Notes: generated by a model not told the origin, from the sequence alone. Positions 1 to 13,718 are shown, counted from the first letter of the whole stretch. The stretch: DNA of 61,658 nt, filler included, from Chiloscyllium plagiosum (GCF_004010195.1; 2 parts of one record of this genome joined end to end with filler, not necessarily neighbours in it); one strand, 5' to 3'. Made by a program: numbers and translations.

Positions 1-248
1 CTCCGAAAAGCTTCCCACACAGACCCATTCCCTTACCCTATTACTCTACATTTTTCCCATGCCTAATGCACCTAACCTAGACATCTCTGAACTCTATGAG
101 AAAGTTATCAAAGCCAATTCACCTCACCTGCACATCTTTGGACTGTGGGGAAAAAATGGAGCAGCCGGAGTAAACCCACACAGACATGGAGAGAATGTGC
201 AAACTCTACACAGATCATCGCCCGAGGCTAGAATCAAATGCTGGTGCG
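1..248 (-). mobile_element. HE1-type V-SINE fragment
   Basis: gccaattcacctcacctgcacatctttggactgtgggg...gagaatgtgcaaactctacacag. Confidence 0.85.
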
Positions 249-304
249 CGAAAGTTTCTGAATGTCATTATATTCTCTCACCGAGAGTACCACATATGCT
301 ATTG

Positions 305-605
305 CTTTCCCAAAATGCAGCACCTCGCATTTATCTGAATTAAACTCCATCTGCCACTTCTCAGCCCATTGGCCCATCTGGTCCAGATCCTGTTGTAATC
401 TGCGGTAACCCTCTTCGTTGTCTACTACACCTCCAATTTTGGTGTCATCTGCAAAATTACTAACTGTACCTCTTATGCTCTCATCCAAATCATTTATGTA
501 AATGACAAAAAGTAGAGGGCCCAGCAGCGATCATCGTGGCACTCCACTGGTCACAAGCCTCCAGTCTGAAAAACAACCCTCCACCACCACCCTCTGTCTT
601 CTACG
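305..605 (-). mobile_element. CR1 RT fragment
   Basis: NFADDTKIGGVVDNEEGYRRLQQDLDQMGQWAEKWQMEFNSDKCEVLHFGK. Confidence 0.9.
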
Positions 606-1309
606 TCTACTCTCCAACATTGACAAACAAATGGAAGTTTTTTTTCATGAATGTGCATTTAAGCAGCTGAAACCTCCTCTTTGATTCTTTGTTTGATTTC
701 CACATGAATCACTCTGCTCCAGTAAAAAAATGCACAATAAATCTAAATTTGAATGGATGATGTGCACTTTAGTACGTTTGTTATTACGCTCTATTTTAGT
801 GAAGGAGTCAACAAGGCCCACAGTGGAATTGAAACCAATGGCAATCAGCCATGAAATTATCTGTCGCTGGAAATATCTTCCTTTATCAGGATCATCACAG
901 CTCCTACAATAGGATGATCAAAATTATCTAGGACAATGCATTGGCTTATTTCACATGGTATCTAGCATGTTAAATGTTTATTCCATTTCTGACTAAGCCA
1001 CAGTTGCTGCACCATTCGCACGAAAAAACAATACGGCTGCCAAACAATTCGCAGGCAACGTCAGCTTGGAAATATTATGTTTTCTTTTGTTTTCCATTGC
1101 TTCTACTTCAATGTTGTAGAACTCCCCATTTCATAGCACTTGGAACTTCAGTCCAAGGAATGCAGTACTTGATTAATGGAACATATCAGCGCCAGTGAAA
1201 ATCCATGCAGACACAAAGTGAGCATGCAAAACTGCACACTGACACTGGAATCAAACCCGGGTTTCTGGCAGTTCAGTAACTGTGCCACTGTGCTTCCCTC
1301 AACCTCCAA

Positions 1310-2040
1310 CGCTTCAGGGAAAAAAAGCCCCAACCTATTCACCCTCTCCTATAACTCAAACTCTCCAACCGGAGAGCAGCCCTGCAAATCTTTACTGCAC
1401 TTTCTCAAGTTTAACAACATTCTTCCTATAGAGGAGCGACCAGACCTAGATGCAATGTTCTAAATTTTGCCTCACCAATGCCTTGTTCAGCTGCAACATG
1501 ACGTCCCAAGTCCTTCATTCAATCGTTGACCAACGAAAGCAGGCGTATCAAATGCCTTTTACAACACTCTGTCTACTTGCGTCTGCACTTTTGAAGAACT
1601 ATCCATCTGCACCTCGCAGCCTCTTTGTTCGCTAATAGACCCCAGGACCCTACCATTAACTGTACAAGTGCTGCCCTGGTTTACGTGACCAAAATGAAAG
1701 TTCGTCTGCCACTCTGTGGCCCATTGGCCCGTCAGGTTAAGGTCCCTCTATACTCTGTGATAACTTCTTCATTGTCCATGACACCGCATATTCTGTTGTC
1801 ATCTGCAAACTTGAAAAACATAGTACTTCTATTCACATTAAAATGATTTGTATAAATAACGAAAAACAGTAGAACCAGCATTGATCCTTGTGGCACACCA
1901 TCAATCTCAAGATAGGCCTCCAGTCCGAAAAGCAACTTTCTAACTCCACCCTCTATCGCCGACCTTCAAGTCAGTCATATATCCAAAAATCTAGCTCCCC
2001 CTGGAGGTAATCTAAAATTACTAACCAGTATACCATGCGG
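1310..2040 (-). mobile_element. CR1 RT fragment, older
   Basis: GVPQGSMLVLLFFVIYTN...FKFADDNRICG. Confidence 0.8.
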
Positions 2041-2743
2041 ATGATACGAAAGTCGGTGGAGTTGTTGACAGTGAGGAAGGATTTATCAGGTTACAGCGGG
2101 ATATAGATAAGCTGCAGAGCTGGGCAGAAAGGTGGCAAATGGAGTTCAATGTAAGTAAGTGTGAGGTGATTCACTTTGGTAGGAGTAACAAAAAGATGGG
2201 GTACTGGGCTAATGGTCGGATATTTGGTAGTGTGGATGAGCAGAGGGATCTTGGTGTCCATGTACACAGATCTCCGAAAGTTNNNNNNNNNNNNNNNNNN
2301 NNNNNNNNNNNNNNNNNNNNNNTGGTAGGAAGATCGTATGAGGAAAGGCTGAGGCACTTGGGGCTGTTTTCATTGGAGAAAAGAAGGTTTAGGGGTGACT
2401 TGATAGAGGTGTACAAGATGATTAGGGGTTTAGATAGGGTTGCCCATGAGAACCTTTTTCCACGTAGGGAGTCAGCTATTACGAGGTGGCATAGCTTTAA
2501 ATTAAGGGGTGGTAGGTATAGGACAGATGTTAGGGGTAGATTCTTTACTGAGCGAGTCGTGAGTTCATGGAATGCCCTGCCAGTAGCAGTGGTGGACTCT
2601 TCCGCTTTATGGGCATTTAAACGGGTATTGGATAGGCATATGGAGGATAGTGGGCTAGTGTAGGTTAGGGGCTTGGATCGGCGCAACATCGATGGCCAAA
2701 GGGCCTGTACTGCGCTGTATTTTTCTATGTTCTTTATTCTATG
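2041..2743 (+). mobile_element. Young CR1 3' portion with tail, spanning a 40-N gap
   Basis: DTKVGGVVDSEEG...WQMEFNVSKCEVIHFG...YEERLRHLGLFSLEKRRFRGDLIEVYK...FFTERVVSSWNALP; tail ttctatg. Confidence 0.92.
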
Positions 2744-2744
2744 A

Positions 2745-3520
2745 ACCAAAGACAAGTGTCATATTTAAATGGAGAAAAACTGAAGAAATATGAAACACAA
2801 ACGGACTGGGGTTTACTTGTGCACGAAACACAGAAAACTAAGTGCAGAAATGCAGCAGGTAATCGGGGCGATAATGGAATTTTGATTTTTACTTCAAATA
2901 TGTTTGGAAAAAAAATTAAGGAAGTCTTCCTCTAACTCTACAAGTTGCTGGTGAAATCACAGCTGAAGTACAGTGAGCAATTTTGGCCTGCTTATTTAAG
3001 GAGAGGTGTCATTTCATTGGAAGCAGTTCAGAGAATGTTTGCTAGGTTGATTCCCAGTATGAAAGTTTTCGTCTTCTGATGAAAGGCAAAACGAACTGAG
3101 ATTCTATTCACAGGAGTTTAGAGAATGAGAGGTGATCACATTGAAACATAAAGGATTATGGAGGGGCTTGACAGGATAAGTGTTGAGAGTAGGTTTCCCT
3201 TCATGCAAGAGTCTAAGACCAGAGGACATAGTCTCAGAATTAAAGGGCATCAGATTTCGACTGAGATCAGGAGCAATTTCTTTTCTCAGAGGAATGTGAG
3301 TCTTTGGGGTGTATTGCCACAGAGAGATGTGGGGGCAAAATAATTGTTTTCTACTTGAGGATAAGATAAAGTAGAAGCTTTATCAGTTGAGGAACCAATG
3401 GTTATGAGGAAAGGGCAGGAAGTGGAAGTGAGAAGTGTCGCATCAACCTGGTCCTGTTGGATGATCAGCCTGATTCTGTTGAACAGTCTCCTCCTGTTCA
3501 TATTTCTTAGGATCTTATGA
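2745..3520 (+). mobile_element. Decayed CR1 3' fragment
   Basis: TRGHSLRIKG...RSNFFSQRNVSLW; tail ctcctcctgttcatatttcttag. Confidence 0.75.
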
Positions 3521-4084
3521 CTGTACGCTGTTTACTACACAAATTGTCATGTTTTGTAGTTTCCAGCAGATCAGAACTTCAATTCATGGTGCTGCTGCTG
3601 GCACTTCTCCTCCATTTTTTGTTGACCCAAGGTTAATTGCCTGGCTTGATACTCATAGTGGAGTTAGGCGTATATTGGGCCCTCATTTTGCAGGTTATAT
3701 CTGACTACAATTCTGCTGTTGTTGATGGCCAACCACGCACCATGGTCGCCTGGAAATGAATGGCTAGATCTGTTTGAACGCTTTCAAATTATTAACGGTA
3801 ATAATGCCAACATCTGCAGCAAGCAGATTGATAAGAATGACACCAAGCATGTATTTTCCCTCTCTTGTTCAATCAACATTTGCCACATATTCAATCTAAC
3901 AGCATGATCCTTTTGACCCGAATAGTTCAATAAGTAGTATTGCTGCTGAGCCACTCTTCATCATAGATGATGAACTCTTCCACCTCGACTGCGATTTGCG
4001 TCCTCGTCACCCACAGTAGACGCTAAAACAGTGTGCCATCTGAGAGTGCCGCACTTGTATTAAATCAGCCCTGACGCTTTATCA

Positions 4085-4438
4085 TTCATAGAATGGTAGA
4101 ATTCCTACAGTGCACATGTAGACCTTTGGCCCAGCAAGTCCACACCGACCATCCGAAGAGTACCCCACCCATACCCACTCCTTATTGCTCTACATATGCC
4201 GCTGACTCCTGCACTTAACCTACACATCCCCATCCCTGATCACTATGGGGAATTTAGCTTCGCCAATTCACCTAACCTGCACGTAATTTTGGATTGTGGG
4301 TAGAAACTGGAGCACCGACAGGAAATGCAGACAGACACGGCGAAAATGTGCAAACTCCACACAGACAGTTGCCCAAGGCTGGAATCGAACACAGGTCCCT
4401 GGCGCTGTGAGGCTGTAGTGCTCTGTTGCGACCATGCC
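4085..4438 (-). mobile_element. HE1-type V-SINE
   Basis: Reverse complement colinear with 40362-40682. Confidence 0.88.
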
Positions 4439-4811
4439 TTTAAATTTCTTTTAAAATACATTTTCCCTTTTGCACAGAAATGTAAACACTCGTACTCATT
4501 CACACTGATCTCGAAATCTTTCCTGTTTCTCTTTGTACAGATGTTGCAAGACCTGCAGAGTTTATCCAGAATATTTCTTTTCTTACCCGTGCAAGCGTGG
4601 GCCCTGTGTCACTCATTCCGAGAAAACCCTTCAGCAAAGCAACATTCCCACAGCCCTGTCTATCTGACACAACAATCTTTTATAATTGCCAACGCTCTGA
4701 CAATGGAGTCCTTCAACGGCGCACAGCCACAGTCAGTACAGAGTCCCATGATGTTCCCAGCAGAACATATTCCCTCAATGTTCTACTTTGTACCTTGCAG
4801 CACTTATTTGA

Positions 4812-5000
4812 ATAAAAGCAAAATAATTTGGATGCTGGAAATCTGGAACAGACGTAGACAGTCTTGAAGAAGCTCGGGAGGTTTTGCAGTATCTGTGATG
4901 AAGACCAGGCATATCAGACTAGAACAATTAGCACTGTTCCTCTTTCCACAGATGCCGTAGACTTGCTGAGTTTCTCCAGCAATCTCTGCATTTGCCTCAG
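4812..5000. repeat. Ancient fold-back Penelope-tail-like repeat (similar remnants at ~5600-5713, ~13650-13770, ~33690-33885)
   Basis: gatgctggaaatctgg... and cagatgccgtagacttgctgagtttctccagca arms, loosely related to the 19311 family. Confidence 0.5.
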
Positions 5001-5748
5001 AAACTGAGGTTTGGTGTTAGAGATTGGATGCATTATGCTTGTTGAAAAGCATATTCAAATAGCACAAGGAATTTACAAAATCTGCAACATTTTGTTTTAT
5101 TGTGGTTGGTTTTCAATCTTCACCAGATTACAGAATGTGTGGAAAAATTTAAAACCTGCAATGATTTTGATTGAGTAAATGCCAATATTCTTGCCACGAA
5201 TGAGAGTGGTTATAACAAGAGACAAGTTAGCCACCTAAAATTCCAGCAGGAATTTTCAACGCATCGAATTTACGAACCTATGGGAATTAAAACAAATAAT
5301 TGAGCAGAAAGTGAGTCGACTATTTCAGTATCCACATTACGTGGAAAACTTTAGGTGGAAATTTGAACAGAGTTTCCTTGGTTGTTGAACGAGTAGTTGA
5401 ACAGAATGCACTGCAAATATCGAATGTATCACCTAATGCTGAGCTTAAAAGTTCCCTTCACGAACTGGAGAACCCGGGATTAAATCAGAATGTACTGAAC
5501 AAACTCAACAGATCTGAGAGCACCCGCCATGAGAAACACAGTTAAAGATTCAACTCCAATACTTCATGGAGGATATGAAGAAGCGTCATATTGGGCACAA
5601 ATATTAACAAAGTTGCCCTCTCCAAAGATGCTGCAGGCCTGTGGAGTTTCTCCAATATTTTATTCTTTTCAATTTCAGATCTCTGTCACATCCACAATAC
5701 TTTGCTTTTATTTGACTGGAAACACTGGAATCTGCCATTGGGTGGCAT

Positions 5749-6659
5749 TCAGTTGATTTGACTACGAAGCAATTGGAAAATTGACATAAATGGGTATTTC
5801 ACTGCACTCTTGACCTGCTCTCTGAACTTCGATTGTGTCACGCCATAAATAAATGTGTTCGTGCAACAACTCAGATTTTGCAACATGAAGCCAATTTGTT
5901 GAATCATATATTCTGCATTCTTGTACCTATCAGTACTTGTTCTACTAAGTTTATCATAAATGAAATGAATAACGGTGACCAACCACAGGAATACGAAGCT
6001 AGCAGATATAGTTAAAAGTAAGACCACAGACTTCCTCCTGCTTTCCATCTCTGGGTCACTGCGAATACCACCTGTTTTCTGACCTATCAGTTCCCTGCGG
6101 ATTCGACTGGTCACTAAAATGTGTCTGACTGTCAAGGCGTTCAATAACATAATTAAAACAAATGGCAGCAAAGGGTTTAAAACTGCATCAAACCAATCAA
6201 ACCGTACCCATCCTGGATCAGTAAAACATTTTGGATTTAAGTAACAACCCCATGGTATATTATCGATTATATCTCCTCCTTCAAGTACAAAGTAGTTGGG
6301 GATATTTTTTAAAAACAGCAGGGTGGAGGTTGTTGCTAGAATGACAGCTCCATTTTGCGCATTGCAATACTTTGTTTTCAGCTTCTGACAGCAAATGGCT
6401 ATAAATCGATCCAAGGAAAACATGACGGTGAACCACACAGAATAGTCTGTAGTGGTACGTGCCAGGACGAAGAGAACGCTACACACTGGAGTGATGTTGA
6501 GGAAAGATGATGGAAAAGCAAAATAGCTGATCCGATGCAGGATGACATCAGAGATGATGACCAGTAAATCCGCCACCGCCATGGCCATTAGGTAGCAAGT
6601 AGTACAGTCGGAAAGGCCACACTTTCCCCGTGAGAGGAGGCCAATCGCCATGACATTAA
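5749..6659 (-). CDS. Exon 2 of a class A 7TM GPCR, GPR139/GPR142-like shark-expanded family
   Basis: Open frame VNVMAIGLLSRGKCGLSDCTTCYLMAMAVADLLVI...PVCS...DRFIAICC...PWGC...LNPLLPF...DPEMESRRKSVVLL...CCTNTFIYGVTQSKFRE to TGA at 5751-5749. Polypyrimidine tract plus AG acceptor (tctttctctctcttccag) immediately precedes 6659; phase 1. Confidence 0.93.
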
Positions 6660-7364
6660 CTGGAAGAGAGAGAAAGATATGGTGTTGAAGCATATAAGAA
6701 ATTACTGTTGAGCCATTCTCCATGTCATATTTCATATCAAAGAGAAAGGTCTCAGGGACAAAAACTGGGAGTTTGTAAGTCAAGTCAAAGTGCAAATTTT
6801 GAAATCTGAATAGGATCATAGCTGTTTATTTCTCCATTTTTAAAAATTGGCTAATGGTGTGAGACATTTAAAATCTCCAGGGTGAGATGTTTGCAAAGGA
6901 ATTACGAATACGAAGCTTAGCTTTTTTTCTGTCCTAAGTTTCTTCTTTGGGTGAATATATTTCCCCACTGAACGCTGTACAAGAATTGGCAGTCAAATCA
7001 TCTCAATGCTGTGATTACACATTTCACAGCGTCATGGATCAGGAATAGGGAGGATAGCGAATAAACAGATAGCACCAAAAACCCCTCCATCTCTGGATTT
7101 GTGGAATTGGCTACACCTGGGATGGGACAGCCCATCTATTACATCACAAATGTAGAACATGGAGTTAATGGTGGAGTGTTCCTGCTTGTTCAAGGTTTCC
7201 AGAACCTGCCTTGTCCATGTCCATCTTACACCTTGCAGCTTTCGAGGAAAAGAACATCTCAAGGACATAAATCAGAAAATATCGGTTTCATCTTCTCACA
7301 GAACTGTAGCAGAACTCAATTTCTTATCTTCGGATCTGCTCACCCTCCTGCCAGCAGTTAACGT

Positions 7365-8078
7365 TTTTATGAAGGCGTAAGGGGTTCTGGACTTTGAAGA
7401 GAATTGAAGTACTTACCAAGCACATAGAGTGCTGTAGAATTTGCAATGTAAGATTTGGTGCAGCAGCTAGCAATACCCGGGTTGCAATGAGACAAAAACA
7501 AATTCAAATTCGGCCAATCAGTTTAGATTATGCCCCAAGGTATAAACTGCAATCAATTTTGAATTTCTTATTTTGACAATATTAAAACTAATGAAACGAT
7601 CTGATGCTTTGGGGTATAAGCCTGAGAAAAATTGAACAGTTGGAGAGAACTGCCAAGCCACCAACATCTGCAGATTGCCCACAGAATAGCTTTCTGAAAG
7701 GTACCTTTATCTATCAATGACCCTGTGAAACAGAAACCCTAAGAAGCAGTAAAGAAGACAGAGGAAGATACAAAGAGAAGAATCTACAGCTGCCTGGTTT
7801 TGAAATTTAAATTTTTTGGTAAATCTTAATTTGGGCTCTTATGAGGTCAGCATTATAGAGGGAAATTAAAAGATAGGTTAGAGAAAGGAATTGTAAATAG
7901 TTGTTAGATAATGATTCTCTGCTAGACTTTAAAATAAAATAAAGTTGTTAATTTTTACTTTAAATAGTGATTTTGGGATGGGTCTTGGCCTCTCAAATGT
8001 TCACAGACTGTGGCACGGGGTGAATACTTTCGGTGTGTTGGGTTTAAATTAGCAGAGGGGTTACCCCGTGCTGTAACA
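7365..8078 (+). repeat. 5' LTR of Gmr1-like element 1
   Basis: Colinear similarity to 11500-12184; ends TGTAACA; contains AATAAA near 7933-7943. Confidence 0.88.
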
Positions 8079-8081
8079 ATT

Positions 8082-8099
8082 TGGGGACTCGTCTGTAAT
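8082..8099 (+). promoter_or_regulatory. Primer-binding site, tRNA-Pro-like
   Basis: tggggactcgtctgtaat matches the canonical Pro PBS TGGGGGCTCGTCCGGGAT at 14/18 and sits 3 nt after the 5' LTR. Confidence 0.7.
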
Positions 8100-11000
8100 T
8101 TGAATTGGTTTAGACAGATTTGAATAGATTTGGGGGTACGAAAAATCCCAGCAGGTTTAAACACTTGTAGGTGAGCGTCCGAGATCTTTTAATAAACCGT
8201 AGGCGAGACCATTTGTTTAATTTAGGTGACTTGCAGTTGATTAAATTCCAAGTGAGAGAAATGGCTCTTAAAATTGCTCAAGAGGTCCTGGGATTTGAAG
8301 ATGATTCACAAATTTGCCAAGAATGTTTAGAAGAAAAGAAAAAGGCCATACTCTTAGAATTAGGAAAGAAGTTAAATTTGGGTTTAACCAAGGACAAAAA
8401 TAAAACTGAAATTGTAAGGGATTCACTCAAGCATTTAGGTGTGTCAGAGAAACAGACAAGTGCAGTAGAGATGGAAAAACTTAAATTACAATTGAGGAGA
8501 ATGGAGTTAGAAGATAAACAAAGAGAAAGAGAAGGAAGAGAGAGGGAGCGCGAAAGAGAGAAAGAAAAAAAGAGAGAAAGGAAGTTCTTAGCCGAGCGCA
8601 GAGAGGGAAGAAAGGGAGAGAGAAAGAGAGAGAGAAGAAAGGGAGCGAGAGAGACAAAAAGAGAGAGAATTTGAATTTAAGGAACTGCAACTTATTCAGC
8701 AAAGTCAAATTAACAGGACGAAGATTAAAAGAGATATACATAAATATGTCAAAATTCTGCCCTATTTTGATGAGAAAGATGTCGAAGCCTTCTTTATTTC
8801 ATTTCAAAAATTGGTGAGGCAGATGGAGTGGTCCGAGGATTTATGGGTAATGTTAGTTCAGACTAAACTGATAGGCAGAGCTAGTGAGGTATTTGCCACA
8901 ATGTCAGATGAGATTATGAAGAGGTTAATCAGGCTATTTTAAATGTTTACGCATTGGTACCAGAGGCAAAAAGGCAGCTGTTCAGAAACATAAAGAAGGA
9001 ACAAGGTCAGACTGATGCTGAGTTCAAAAGAATTAAAAATAGTCGTTTCGATAGACGGGTGTGTGCTTTAAAAATTAATACGATCTTTGAGGACCTAAGA
9101 GATATTATTCTGCTGGAGGAGCTTAAAAACACACTTCCAGAGATGAGAAGAATTCAAGTGGAGGAACAGAAAGTTCTGGAAGTGAGAAGGGCAGCAGAAA
9201 TAGCAGATGAATACGTGTTGGTGCAAAAGACAAACTTCTGGCCAGAATTGCATCCTGTGAGAGATAGAAGTTGGGAGACGTGGAGATGGAGAGAAAGAGT
9301 AGAGAACACTGGTAAGGATTTACCATAAGTTTAAAAAGAAGCTCAAGAGGGTGAAAAGGTGGTGAAAAGGCTCAGGTGTTTCCACTGTGGTAAAATGGGA
9401 CACATAAAGTCAGTGCTGGTCATTAAAGAAAGGCACTCTGGAAAAAGACGTGGTAAAAGAAGCTAAGCCAGTGGCGTTGGTGAAATTAGTAAAGGAGACC
9501 CCACGAAGAGCCGAGAAGCTGCAGGAGAGTGAACAGCCTAAGCAGGGGCTATGTATGGAGTACCTGATCTCTACAAAGAATTTGCCTCTGTCGGTAAGGT
9601 TTCTCAGAAAGAATGGGGGAGAAGGACAAGAAGTTATAATTTTGAGAGATACAGGTTCTAATCAGTCACGGATAGAAAAGGATGAGCGAATATGCACTCT
9701 TTTTGAGCTGTTACCCAAGAGTGTGGCAATTTGTGGGCTAGATGGACAGAAATTTAGCGATTCCCTATGTAAGATCAGGTTGGAGTGCCAACTCAAGACT
9801 GGGAATGTTAAAGTGGGAGGGATTAACAGAGAGTTAGTTCCAGGAATTCAGTTTGTTCTTGTGAATGATTTGGCAGAATCCAAGGTGGGAGTGACACCCC
9901 TCGTTGTAGAGAAACCCAAAGGAAAGCCAAGAAACTGATGAGTTAAAACATAAATATCCTGGTATTTTCCCAGACTGTGTAATAACAAGATCCCACGATC
10001 ATACGTCACAACAAAAAATGAAACATAAAGAGAAAGATGAAGAATTGAGGTTCAGTTCGCAGACACCATTTTTAACGCAATGTTGCAAGAAAAATTTGAA
10101 TAGGCACAGAGTCAGACAGAAGTGTTTAGTCCTGAATGGCTAAGGAATGTGCAACAGCAAGACAAAAGATTCAAGACATCTATGTGGATGTGTACTCCAG
10201 AAAAGAGGCACAGAATATTCTGGAGGGTTATTTTCTGAAAGATAGAATCCTAAGACAGGATTGGAGACCACGGCAGGTTAATGCAGAGGAGAAATGGGCC
10301 AAAGTACACCACGTTGTGTTGCCAGTAGCATACAGACAGGAGGTGTTACGGGTATCACACGAACTACCTGTAGGAGATCACCTAGAGATACAAAAGACTC
10401 AGGCTAAGGTACAAAAACATTTTTATTGGCCTGGAATGCACAAGGATGTGGTGAACATCCTGCCTATGGCAGGTAAGCCATAGGCAGTAATAAAACCAGC
10501 ACTTTTGTTGCCAATTCCCACATTTGAAGAACCTTTCATGTGGGTTATAATTGATTGCATAGGTCCACTCCCGAGAACTAAAAGTGGGAACCAGTGCTTG
10601 CTCACCATAATCGAGGTTTCTACCAGATTTCTAGGGATGATTCCATTATTGAGTATCTAAGCAAAAAGGGAAATAGAGGAGTTAGTAGCTTTCTTCATGT
10701 GGTATGGGCTACCCAGAGAGAATCAGTCGGACCAAGACTCAAATGTTGTTACTAGGTTGTTTAAGGAAGTTATGGATAGCTTAGGTATACAGCACTTTTA
10801 ATCCAGTGGGTATCATACTGAATCCCAGGGAGCTTTAGAAAGGTGGCATTAGACCTTGAAGACCATCTTGAGAGCATACTGTCAGGATTATCCAAATGAT
10901 TGGGATAAAGGAATCCCATTCGCATTGTTTGCCGTTAGAGATGCCCCAAATGAATCTATTCACTTTGCTCTCTTTGAGTTACTATTTAGGCATGAAGTGA

Positions 11001-11499
11001 GAGGCCCTTTGAAATTCATTAAAGAAAAATTGACTGGACCAAACTCAGGGATCTCACACTTAGATTATATAGCAGAAGTGAGGGACAGCTAAATCACTTA
11101 CGTGAGTTAGCAAAACAGCACCTAAAGAGGGCACAGTATAGAATGAAGCAGGTGACAGATACAAACTCTGAGACTCTGACGTTTTCCCGAGGGAATGACG
11201 TGTTAGTACTGTCAACAGTGACAGGAGATCCCTTCGAAGCTAGGTTTAGTGGTTCCCTACCAAATTGAGAAAACGTTGAGTCAGGTAAACTATCGAGAAA
11301 AGGTGCCAGATATGTCACGTGACCATGTTGAAACCATATGATATTACATCTATCCAATGTTTTAACCTATATATATATAGGAAGAAGTTAAGGTGAACCT
11401 AGATTAAAGTTATCTATATGTTATGGCAATATGTTTAAAGAATATTAAAAAAAGAAGCCATCTTTTCATTATGAAGATTCATTTTTTCCTACGAGCAGG

Positions 11500-12184
11500 T
11501 GTATGATGTACTGCACCTCTAAGAGAGTTGAAGGACTTAGCAAGCCCACAGAGTGCTGAAGAATTTGCCATGTAACATTTGATCCAGCAGCTAGCAGTAC
11601 CCGGGCTGATATGAGACAAAAACAAATTCAGCTAAACAGTTTAAATTATGCCCCAAGATACTAAACTCCAATCAAGTTTGAATTTAGTATTTGGACAATG
11701 TTCGATGCTTTGGCATATAAGACCAGGAAAAACTAAACAGTTGGGAGTGAACTGCAAAACTACCAACATATGTAAACTGCCCACAGATTAGCTCTCTTAA
11801 AGGTGCATTTACATATCAATGACTTGTGAAACAGAAGCCCGAAGGAGGAGTAAAGAAGACAGAGGAATACAGAGAAGATTTGACAACTGGCTTGTTTTGA
11901 AATTTGAATTTTTTGGTAAATCTTAACAGGGGTTTTATGTGACCAGGAGCATAGAAGGGAAAGTAAAAGACAGGTTAGAGAAAGGAGTTGGAAATACTTG
12001 TTAGTTAATTATTCTCTGTTAGACTTTTAAAAAGTTGTAGACTTTTAGAAAGTTTTTAACTTTTACTTTTGGGACCTTTGGGATCGTTCTTGGCCTCTCA
12101 AATTTTCACAGATTACAGCATGGGTTGTATCTTTTCTGTGTGTCGGGTGTAAATTAGCAGAAAGGTTTACCATGTGTCATAACA
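11500..12184 (+). repeat. 3' LTR of Gmr1-like element 1
   Basis: Begins TG after a degenerate polypurine tract, ends CATAACA, followed by TSD ACGT. Confidence 0.88.
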
Positions 12185-13718
12185 ACGTCAAAACTCAAGT
12201 ATTGGAGCAAAAGAATAATCCTGAGTTTGCATCAAGCTTGAATGAAATAAGAGAATATTGACAACACGCAGTGAGCTCGCATCTATGAAGAGAAGAGTAG
12301 CTGTGGCACTCCGTGCTATAAGCCTTCTTAGAAAATAGCAGGAAATATAATTTTAATATCATGATAAATCCGGAGTAAAGTTGCATGTTCTGAGATGAAA
12401 TGTCAACGATCCTGTAGAGTATTTCCAAAAGACAGGCGAATGCAAGGCGATTCCATCAATTTAAAATAAGTGATGGACTACAGAAGACATAAACGGTGAA
12501 GGAAGGGAGGTGTGAACAAAGAATGAGGGCAAAATCAGATAAAGTAAAGTAGAGCCTTCATCGCAGAGAATTGTGGGATTTCTTATTTGTTCTATGCCAT
12601 ACAACAGGAGAACGGAGGGTCCTCACGTGGGAGCTGCAGCCTTTGCATCCCCAACCACTAACAGATTATTTCAACATATTTGGATGAAAGTGTGGGATGC
12701 AGCCTGGATGAGCTAACAGACCATGATAAGCAAGTACAGAAATCTTTTCAAGTGTGATAGCAACAAGGAATATAGTGATAGTAGCGAGCAGTCTGGTCAG
12801 AGAGATTGATGCTATTCTCTGCCGAAATTACGTGAGCTCAGACAGCCGTAATGCCTGATCTCTTCCAGACATTTGGGACCTTTGCTCAGGGCTGGGAAGA
12901 AACTTACAATGTTGGGGAGGTTATCCAATCATTGGTGTCTATGTAGGAACCAAAGATACAGTCAGGGGAGTGGATACGAGTTGGAGAATTGAAGCAAGGA
13001 TGATGCAAACAAAGATTTTGCTTTTTTTAAGGTAATTGGTTAGATTCTTGGTCGGACTGTGATTGACAGTTTTTTTTTATGAGTAGGCGGGATTGTGGAT
13101 TTGATTTGCATTCAAACTAGCATCATTTTATTAAATGATTTTTGCTTTTCTTTCCAGGTTCGCCTGTTCAAGTGCAATGTTGGTTAAGCTCCAGATCCAC
13201 GCGCTGTGTACAAAGACAGAACTCCCCCAAAAAACCCCACGAACCCAGGATTCTTAATTATTTCATCCTGCATACCAATATTGATCATTCCATTGAGTTA
13301 TAGTTTAGTGATTGAGATGGGTAGCGCATGGGCAGATGGTAGAAAGTCTCCTTTTGCGAATTGCTTGCTGAATGCACCTGGGATGGAAATGTCCCAATAC
13401 GCAAAGCCTAATGCTCACAATTTGGAGTCAGTCTCAGAGAATGACTGGCTTGTTCCCTTTATCTGGTGTCTGCATGGCCCAACTGAATGTGGACCTTGTC
13501 GTTCATTCCCTTTTCTGATCGGAAGATCTTAACAATGGAATTCGGCAATTATGACAGAGATTTACCAGAACTCAATTCCTTGCGTTCTCATTCTAAAGCC
13601 CACCTTGCTGCACCTCCTAACATCTACGAGCATCAATATTTAAGTAACTAAGCAAAGGAAAATGACCTTGATTGAAGCAGGAGAGTATTGGCAACACTCA
13701 TTGACCAGGCAGATCGTT

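Larger units (their letters stand above)
7365..12184 (+). mobile_element. Gmr1-like Gypsy LTR retrotransposon, decayed and lacking RT/RNase H, inside GPCR intron 1 (antisense to the gene)
   Basis: LTRs ~7365-8078 and ~11500-12184, 4-bp TSD ACGT (7361-7364 / 12185-12188). gag ~8261-9430 with LVPEA.RQLFR, ILLEE and CFHCGKMGH knuckle; protease ILRDTGS ~9640; integrase ~10300-11340 (HELPVGDHL, FYWPGM, IDCIGP, GALERWH). Many stops and frameshifts. Confidence 0.92.

Noticed and set aside
1310..2743. Single twin-primed inverted CR1 insertion at 2040
   Set aside because: The two halves overlap in RT coordinates and differ greatly in decay, so they are more likely separate insertions.
4325..4867. 180-aa ORF as a gene
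   Set aside because: Starts in an antisense SINE; no recognisable domain or splice structure.
6660..6819. N-terminal 53 codons of the 356-aa ORF as true coding sequence
   Set aside because: It runs through a polypyrimidine tract and AG acceptor; a proper phase-matched exon 1 exists at 15115-15052.
8171..11092. Domesticated gag/SCAN or integrase host gene
   Set aside because: Multiple stops and frameshifts, enclosed by LTRs with PBS and TSD.
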